DNA of 64,000 nt from Eledone cirrhosa. Its lineage: Eukaryota. The DNA is taken from the NCBI GenBank assembly GCA_964016885.1, contig OZ024750.1, positions 33,666,001 to 33,730,000 of the forward strand. Direction: 5' to 3'. The stretch's first letter is position 1. Each line of letters begins with the position of its first letter. The translations under genes and the position numbers were made by a program. This document shows, in pieces, positions 55,846 through 64,000 of this stretch. Below the pieces are notes generated by a model that was not told where the DNA came from, made no database searches, and was given only the letters and a program-made list of their open reading frames with translations.

Positions 55846-56402
55846 GGGCCTTATTGAATTGGTAGTATCGGGAGTTGATAAAATAAAGTACCAGTAATGC
55901 ACTGGGATAATTGCTGGCCTTGTGCCAAAAAGTAGAAAATTATTATTATGGTAGTTATTTGACAGATTAATGACGTAAAAAAGAGTCTTTTATTTAATGA
56001 GAGTTTCCTTAATCAATCATTGTCAGTGATATAAGTCGTCACAGTCGTGATTACATAATTACAGAAATTTCCATTACAATAAAAAACACTAAAATAAAAT
56101 CACTAAACTCCTACTTCCGCATGCCAGACTCACAAATTATATTTGTTTTTACGTATAAGACTTTTAAAAAATTATTTGAACGTAGTAGTATTACTGAGTT
56201 ATATATATATATATATGTATGTAAGTGTGTGTGTGTGTATCTGTTTGTGTGTGTGTCTTTGTCTCTGTGTGTGTTTGTCTGTGTGTGTGTGTAAAAGGTA
56301 AACAGAAATAACAAAACAAACGGCACAATACATAGAAGGAATATATTAGTTTAAGGCTTGAAATATCAGGAGGATAGTCTTAACGTTTCGGATACCAGTC
56401 CT

Positions 56403-56449
<47 letters not shown>

Positions 56450-57169
56450 TTTTACGAAGTTAGTAACGGGTAGATTCCTAGTAAAGGGACCTAAAATAAA
56501 ATCGCCTCACCATTAATCTCACCCTTACTGCGGTTTCAATCGTCAAAACAACATTGATCATTTTAATACATAAAACAGACACAGACAAAGAATCCAGTTT
56601 CATCAGAGATTTTCTTAGAAAGTTTAATATAATTGTCTCTACTTTTGGCACAAGGCCAGCAATTATCCCACTGTATTACTGGTACTTTAATTTATCGACC
56701 CCGTAAGAATGAAAAGCAAAGTTAACCTCGGCGGGATTAGAAAGTTTAAAATAATATTCACCTGTTAGTAAACGGAATATCTCTATTATTGATCAAGCAT
56801 GGTATAAAATTTCACGCATGCGTAGATCAAACAATCAAGTAAATATCACGGACTCTGTGAGGGGTATAAAATGACGCTAGAAATAGTTCATATATAACCT
56901 AACCATCAACTCAACGACTAAAAAGGGGAGGAAAGAAAAAATGGAAGAAGACTCACACACCATACCATGGAGCGTTGGAGTTTCCCTGTAATACATTTTG
57001 AGGCAAGCCAATACACTCACAACATTGCTTCAGGTGATAGCGAGGCTAAGCCACTAGAATAGCCAAACACCCTCGCTAGGAGCCTCAGATGATATGCCAG
57101 TAAGATGGACTGCTAACAATAACAAGAACTTAGTTGTCAGCGTCCCAGCTACCTAAAATTAATGTATTA

Positions 57170-57366
57170 TTTGGTAGTATTGGTAGAATGCCGGACACCA
57201 TGCCTTGCAGCATGGAGTTATGGCCCTTTACGTTCTTAGTTCAAATCCCACCAAGGTTGGCTTTGCCTTTTGTCGATCAAATAAAGCACCAGTAATGCAC
57301 TGAGGTCGATTTAATCGACTTACCCTTCTCCCCAAGTTGCTGACCTTATGCCTATAGTAGAAATCA
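57170..57366 (+). mobile_element. Older Meta-type SINE
   Basis: Diverged family match. Confidence 0.7.
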
Positions 57367-57558
57367 TTATTTCTGCTGATATTTTGATAATGATGTTAGT
57401 ACTGTTGAAGTTACTGTCGTTATTGAATACATATTGTGGGAGTTTCAACATATCGTTTATAAGATGTATGTGATGTAATTTGAGGAATGTTTAGCTGGGA
57501 ATTTTAGCAGATCTAGTGGCCACATAATGGCTTCCTTATCTGGTTGCTAGTTATTAAA

Positions 57559-57966
57559 TTAACCCTTTAGCATTTAAACCGACCATATCTGGTAAGAATT
57601 CTCTCAACTCTTTCTGTTAAAACAGGCTGTAACCGACCATTCATAATGATGTTACGGTTTTGTTCTCAAAAATAAATAATATCAAAATCTCATAGATTTG
57701 ATATTATATGAGATAATTATGTAAAATAAAGTGTTTACTGTGATAATACAATAATATATCTACTTTTCGCACAAGGCCAGCAAATTACCCAGTGCATTAC
57801 TGGTACTTTATTTTATCGACCCCTTTAAGGATGAAAGGCAAAGTTAACCTCGGCGTGATTTGAACTCAGATTGGAAAGGGCTGTAACTCCATGCATCAAA
57901 GCATGGCGTCCGACCCTCTACCGATACTGTGATAATACAATAATATATTTACACTATAATAAAGGG
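57559..57966 (+). mobile_element. piggyBac-like MITE (family of 2345-2638) carrying a Meta-type SINE insertion (57760-57924, minus)
   Basis: TTAACCCTTTAGCATT start; shared TCAAAATCTCATAGATT block; 24-bp TSD at 57736-57759 and 57925-57948. Confidence 0.75.
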
Positions 57967-58059
57967 AGGAGTACAGGACAGCGTCCGTTTTATATTTTTT
58001 AATTCCGTTAGTAAAATAAGTTGGATTACTTTGTTGATTTCACATAGATATTCTTATAC

Positions 58060-58240
58060 ATAATTGTTTCTATTTTTGGCACAAGGCCAGCAATTACCCA
58101 GTATATTACTGGTACTTTATTTTATCGACCCATAAGGATGAAAGGCAAAGTTAACCTCGGCGGGATTTGAACTCAGAATGGCAAGGGCCGTAACTCTATG
58201 CGTCAAAGCATGGCGTCCGACCCTCTACCGATACTGCCAT
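58060..58240 (-). mobile_element. Meta-type SINE
   Basis: Family consensus match. Confidence 0.88.
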
Positions 58241-58599
58241 AATGATTGCTTATTTTAAGATTCACTTCTTTAAAAAACTTTCAAATGTCAATACTTCCGG
58301 TTACGATATAATGGACACTATATTATATAACTTATATAAACGTCCATATATTTGCAGCGTTATATCAAAACGTTTATATTTCTGTCGCTAATTTTCTCCT
58401 TTTTCGTTTTCATTACATTTCACCGTAATACAGTTCATATATAATATCATCTTTTTTAAATGTATCATGGATTACTTTACTGTTTACAGAAGAGAGTGTA
58501 ACACAGTCTCTCTTCAATTTCTGTTTATATTGTCAATTACGATTTCATTTGACGTATCATATCTACATGTATGTATATTTGCGTATAATATCAATATGC

Positions 58600-58662
58600 A
58601 CACTACACATGCTAGCAGAAAAACCACCCGAAAGGTGGTTTTTCTGCTAGTGTATGTAGTGT
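58600..58662. repeat. Hairpin, ~29-bp arms and CGAAA loop
   Basis: CACTACACATGCTAGCAGAAAAACCACC-CGAAA-GGTGGTTTTTCTGCTAGTGTATGTAGTG. Confidence 0.85.
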
Positions 58663-58769
58663 AAATGTTAAAGAGTTAACAATGGTTTCTGATTTAAGCA
58701 CAAGGCCAGCAACTATACGCTGCAAAGCATGTTGTCTGACCATCAACCAATACTGCTAATCCACCACCC

Positions 58770-59310
58770 TGGGGAGTGGTGAGAGATAGAAGAGGTGGGA
58801 GGAGTTAGTGAGAGATAAGAGAGGTGGTGAGAGATAAGAGAGGTGGTGAGAGATAGAGGAGGTGGTGAGAGATAAGAGAGGGGGTGAGAGATAGGAGAGG
58901 TGGTGAGAAATAGGAGAGGGCGTGAGGAGTTAGTGAGAGGTGGTGAGAGATAGGGGAGGTGGGAGGAGTTAGTGAGAGGTGGTGAGAGATAGGAGAGGTG
59001 GTGAGAGATAGGAGAGGTGGAGAGAGATAGGAGAGGGGGTGAGAGATAAGAGAGGTGGGAGGAGTTAGTGAGAGGTGGTGAGAGATAGGAGAGGGGCTGA
59101 GAGATAGGAGAGGGGGTGAGAGATAGGAGAGGGGGTGAGAGATAGGAGAGGGGTGGTGAGAGATGGGAGAGGGGGGGAGAGATAGAAGAGGGGTGGTGAG
59201 AGATAGGAGAGGGGGTGAGAGATAAGATAGGTGGTGAGAGATAGGGAAGGTGGTGAGAGATAGGAGAGGTGGGAGGCGTTAGTGAGAGATAAGAGAGGTG
59301 GTGAAGAGGG
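58770..59310. repeat. Purine-rich degenerate ~19-bp minisatellite GAGGTGGTGAGAGATAGGA
   Basis: Direct reading. Confidence 0.9.
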
Positions 59311-59359
59311 GATAATAAAAGAAATCCCATGTTTCAACTGAATTATTAAGATTTCCTCT

Positions 59360-59740
59360 TCTACTTCTTCTTCGCCCACTTATTCCTGAGAGTGTTTTCA
59401 GGGGGAGAAGTCCTCAAACACTCCCCCTAGTGGGTCCTGTCAGAAGCAACCGTCTCCAACTGAATCCAGCTGAATACCCAAGTGAGACCAACCAAACTCA
59501 TGGATATCATCCAACCATCTGGCTCGGAGTCTACCCCTGGGTCTCTTGTTTGTTGGTCTTTGTCATAAAATCTGTCCAGCCATTCTTTCTTGAGACATTC
59601 TAACCACACTCCCATAATATCGGAGCTGTAATCTCTCAATTTGGAGAAGTAGAGGCTCTAACTTACGGGACTCTCTGATCTCCGAGCTACGCACTTTATC
59701 GAGTAACGTTACTCCAGAGACCCTTTAAATTTCTTGATGA
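59360..59740 (-). mobile_element. Degenerate RTE-clade LINE 3' end
   Basis: Minus translation GVTLLDKVRSSEIRE...QIERLQLRYYGSVVRM...KRPRGRLRARWLDDI. Confidence 0.75.
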
Positions 59741-59869
59741 AATTATGACGACAACCAGTAGCAACCATGATGGTTTCTTTCTTGTGTGTGGGACTGTTGC
59801 TGTCTCGGGTTGTTATTGTTCACCTGATCAACACTACAAATCAGTGATCAGTTTCCAGAGCCCCGCCAT

Positions 59870-61180
59870 GATGGTAATAATAGCGGTGACCACGGTAGTA
59901 ATAATAGCGGTGACCACGGTAATAATAATAGCGGTGACCACGGTAGTAATAATAGCGGTGACCACGGTAATAATAATAGCGGTGACCACGGTAGTAATAA
60001 TAGCGGTGACCACCAATGACCATGGTGCTAATAATGGTAATGAGCACAGTAGTAATAATGGTAATGACCACTAATGACCACGGTGGTAAAAATGATGGCA
60101 ACCAACAGTGACCACGATGGTAATAACCACCAAAAGACCAGCAATGATCACGACGGTAATAACCACCAAATGACCGGCAATGATCACGACGGTAATAACC
60201 ACCAAAAGACCAGCAATGACCACGACGGTAATAACCACCAAAAGACCAGCAATTACCACGATGGTAATAACCACCAAAAGACCAGCAATGACCTCGATGG
60301 TTATAACCACCAAATGACCAGCAATGATCACGATGGTAATAACCACCAAAAGACCAGCAATGACCACGATGGTAATAACCACCAAATGACCAGCAATGAC
60401 CACGATGGTAATAACCACCAAATGACCAGCAATGACCACGATGGTAATAACCACCAAAAGACCAGCAATGATCACGACGGTAATAACCAGCAAATGACCA
60501 GCAATGACCACGATGGTAATAACCACCAAATGACCAGCAATGACCACGATGGTAATAACCACCAAAAGACCAGCAATGATCACGACGGTAATAACCACCA
60601 AATGACCGGCAATGATCACGACGGTAATAACCACCAAATGACCAGCAATGACCACGATGGTAATAACCACCAAAAGACCAGCAATGATCACGACGGTAAT
60701 AACCAGCAAATGACCAGCAATGACCACGATGGTAATAACCACCAAATGACCAGCAATGACCACGATGGTAATAACCACCAAAAGACCAGCAATGATCACG
60801 ACGGTAATAACCACCAAATGACCGGCAATGATCACGACGGTAATAACCACCAAATGACCAGCAATGACCACGATGGTAATAACCACCAAATGACCAGCAA
60901 TGACCACGATGGTAATAACCACCAAATGACCAGCAATGACCACGATGGTAATAACCAGCAAATGACCAGCAATGACCATGATGATAATAACAACGAAAAG
61001 ACCAGCAATGACCACGATGGTAATAACAAAAAGACCAGCAATAACCACAGTGGTAATAACCACCAAACAAGAAACTACGACCATGATGGTAATAACCACC
61101 AAACAAGAAACTACGACTATGGTGGTAATAACCACCAAACAAGAAACTACGACCATGATGGTAATAACCACCATACAAGA
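59870..61180. repeat. 24-bp tandem (59870-60020) followed by 36-bp tandem ACCAGCAATGAYCACGAYGGTAATAACCACCAAAWG, about 30 copies
   Basis: Direct reading; 12-codon periodicity in ORF track. Confidence 0.95.
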
Positions 61181-61693
61181 AACAATTGCTGTTGAAATAA
61201 TGAACATTATAAATCGTATCAGATCATTAATGATGTGACTTGTTTCAATGAGATATGCTTGTTACTCTTAAACAACAGAGAATTATTTCTGTCATAAATT
61301 TTAGCTGCCATTTATATCAACATTACATGACACTAACAACGACATTATTGAGACAGTTATATAATTATGTTTGTGTCAGATATGTGTAGAGGTTGTTTTA
61401 AGAGACGTCTTTTCACAGTGTTGCTTGATTTTAAACAAGATTAATTAGCATGATAGTGAGGAATAACACTAACAACACAAGCAAATAAGGAAATATAACT
61501 GTGTAATTGAAAGAAAAGAGCAACAGCAACCAAAGATTTGCAGGTTGAGAATGAAGATAGTAGAATGTCTTTTGTTGTTTATTAACTTAATAATGGTTTC
61601 TGATTTAAGCACAAGGTTAACATTTTGGCGGGAACAGGAGTTAAGTTGATTAAATCGACAGCAGTGTATTACTGGTATTTTATTTTATTGACA

Positions 61694-62016
61694 GGAGGCA
61701 CATGGCTTAGTGGTTAGAGCATTGGCCTTGCAATCGAAAGGTTGTAAGTTCAATTCTCAGACCGGGTGATGTGTTGTTTCCTTGAGCAAGACACTTTATT
61801 TCACATTGCTCCAGTTTACTCAGCTGTAGAAATGAGATGATAGGGACTGAGGTCCATATCATTCCACTGTAAAGTGGTCGTGGAGGTGCCACGGCAAAAA
61901 AGCACCCAGCACTCACTGTAAAATGAGGTTGGTGTTAGGAAGGGCATCCAGCTGTAGAAATCAAGCCAGAATCAGTTCCCGTCCCACCCTTGCAAGCAGG
62001 GAAAAGCGGACGTAAA

Positions 62017-62050
<34 letters not shown>
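61694..62050 (+). mobile_element. Full-length CORE-type SINE inserted in a Meta-type SINE fragment
   Basis: Family consensus with (GAT)n tail; TTTTATTGAC|...|CCTGTAA host continuity. Confidence 0.88.
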
Positions 62051-62596
62051 CCCTGTAATAATTTCTGATTTTAGGACAAGGCCAGAAATGTTGGGGGAGG
62101 GGTAGATCGATTTGGGTTTATGCTAAGAATGAGCACTACTGAGGCCCTCAATAACATCATCCTTTAACATCTGCTTTCACCTCTAACAAGGGTTGGACAG
62201 GTCTTCATAAACCATGTCAGTTCTGAAGAGGGGCTACTGACCTCACAGACAGGCCAAGGGTACTGCATCTTGCTTACATAGTCATATGTTCTATCACGTG
62301 CACAGGAGAAATTGTTGTGTCTTTGGACACAAACTGAAGGGTCCTCAAGACCACTTGTTTGGCAAGCTTTCTATGGCCAGATGCCCTTCCTAACACTAAT
62401 CACTTTACAGCATGTATTGGATGCTTTGGTTGTGTAGATCACCAGCACTATATGTATGTATATATATTTAGAATTTAGCTTCAACCATATATATATAGAG
62501 AGAGAGATATGTATTGGAATTTCGTATTTCTAAAGAAATACGGTATGTTTATAAATAAACATTTAGAAAGCCGTAGCTATCCAAAAACACTGGCAG

Positions 62597-62690
62597 TGTC
62601 CAGCGGAAGCAAGGGGACTATTGTTGATGAATTTTGAACTGAACTGGTTCTCATCAGAATGATCCCTCCCGCTCTTGCAACTGCTGGACT
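62597..62690 (-). ncRNA. Degenerate hammerhead with extended stem I
   Basis: Minus GGGATCATT-CTGATGA-GAAC(cagttca)GTTC-aAAA-ttcatcaac-AATAGTCCC, flanked by GTCCAGC/GCTGGAC; G12 and U16.1 not conserved. Confidence 0.5.
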
Positions 62691-62705
62691 TGAAAACAGG
62701 TGAGA

Positions 62706-62819
<114 letters not shown>

Positions 62820-63180
62820 CAAACGAGCAACGATGGTTGCTAGACACTACGGCTTAATACGGGATGTTTGTTTACAAACACACCCAGCGTTATAATAAAT
62901 GTTCGGTGAATCCATATGTACATATATATATGTGTGCATGTATGTATATATATATATACATACTACTGTACGTCTCTATACATATAAGTATGTACATGTA
63001 CATACTTATATTTAAGTAACAGCCGCACTAAGAGTGGGAAATGAAATTTCGTTTCATTTTTTCCGTTTATCGTTTTCGGTGCACCCGGCCGATTAACCCA
63101 CTCGATATGCAAATTGGGCTACTCAGCCGTTAATATGCATAAGGTAAGTATATACATTCAACAATCTGGCAGGAAGGTAT

Positions 63181-63223
63181 ACGTTGCTGACGATAGCTAA
63201 TAAGCTTGAAACTAGTACAGCGT
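63181..63223 (+). ncRNA. Minimal type I hammerhead ribozyme (predicted cut GUA after 63217)
   Basis: ACGTTG-CTGACGA-tAGCT(aata)AGCTt-GAAA-CTAG-TA-CAGCGT; stem I extends via AAGG/CCTT, CTGGCA/TGTCAG and TTCAACA/TGTTGAA. Confidence 0.88.
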
Positions 63224-63602
63224 TCCTTTGTCAGTGTTGAACAAACGAGCAACGATGGTTGCTAGACACTACGGCTTAATACGGGATGTTTGTTTACAAA
63301 CACACCCAGCGTTATAATAAATGTTCGGTGAATCCATATGTACATATATATATGTGTGCATGTATGTATATATATATATACATACTACTGTACGTCTGTA
63401 TACATATATGTATGTACATGTACATACTTATATTTAAGTAACAGCCGTACTAAGAGTGGGAAATGAAATTTCGTTTCATTTTTTCCGTTTATCGTTTTCG
63501 GTGCACCCGGCCGATTAACCCACTCGATATGCAAATTGGGCTACTCAGCCGTTAATATGCATAAGGTAAGTATATACATTCAACAATCTGGCAGGAAGGT
63601 AT

Positions 63603-63645
63603 ACGTTGCTGACGATAGCTAATAAGCTTGAAACTAGTACAGCGT
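63603..63645 (+). ncRNA. Minimal type I hammerhead, second array copy (predicted cut after 63639)
   Basis: Identical to 63181-63223. Confidence 0.88.
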
Positions 63646-64000
63646 TCCTTTGTCAGTGTTGAACAAACGAGCAACGATGGTTGCTAGGCACTACGGCTTA
63701 ATACGGGATGTTTGTTTACAAACACACCGAGCGTTATAATAAATGTTCGGTGAATCCATATGTACATATATATATGTGTGCATGTATGTATATATATATA
63801 TACATACTACTGTACGTCTGTATACATATATGTATGTACGTGTACTTACTTATATTTAAGTAACAGCCGTACTAAGAGTGGGAAATGAAATTTCGTTTCA
63901 TTTTTTCCGTTTATATATATATATATAAATATATATATATATTTATATACATACACACACACACACATATATATATATATAATGGCATAACACCCGTTTA

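Larger units (their letters stand above)
62820..63912 (+). mobile_element. 422-bp tandem array (about 2.6 units) of a non-coding hammerhead-bearing unit; retrozyme-like
   Basis: AAACGAGCAACGATGGTTGCTAG at 62821, 63243 and 63665; few substitutions between units; flanked by (CA)n and (TA)n. Confidence 0.88.

Noticed and set aside
56376-56404. Minus-strand GGA-ctggta-TCC-GAAA-CG-TT half hammerhead
   Set aside because: 5' core absent, truncated by the dinucleotide repeat; cannot be supported alone

Overview
AT-rich, repeat-saturated eukaryotic DNA. The SINE/LINE content and (TA)n/(CA)n density suggest an octopod cephalopod (inference). I found no host protein-coding gene; nearly all long ORFs in the track are microsatellite read-through. 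Recognisable parts are RTE-, CR1-, R4/Dong- and CRE-type LINE remnants, two tRNA-derived SINE families (CORE-type and Meta-type), mariner, hAT and piggyBac-like relics, several minisatellites, and a Penelope-like (Naiad-type GIY-YIG) element present as a 1.9-kb inverted duplication. The main signal is a set of minimal type I hammerhead ribozyme motifs read by hand: intact ones at 11808 (+), 18453 (+) with mirror 18259 (-), 39409 (+) with mirror 35398 (-), 63181 (+) and 63603 (+), and degenerate ones at 4325 (-) and 62613 (-). Two sit in a 422-bp non-coding tandem array and one in a diverged 467-bp relative that keeps the same hairpin layout, which looks like a retrozyme or non-autonomous Penelope-like family able to make circular RNA. 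Many near-perfect palindromes appear to be fold-back 5' ends of these ribozyme-bearing insertions. All alignments and folds were done by eye, and boundaries next to microsatellites are approximate.
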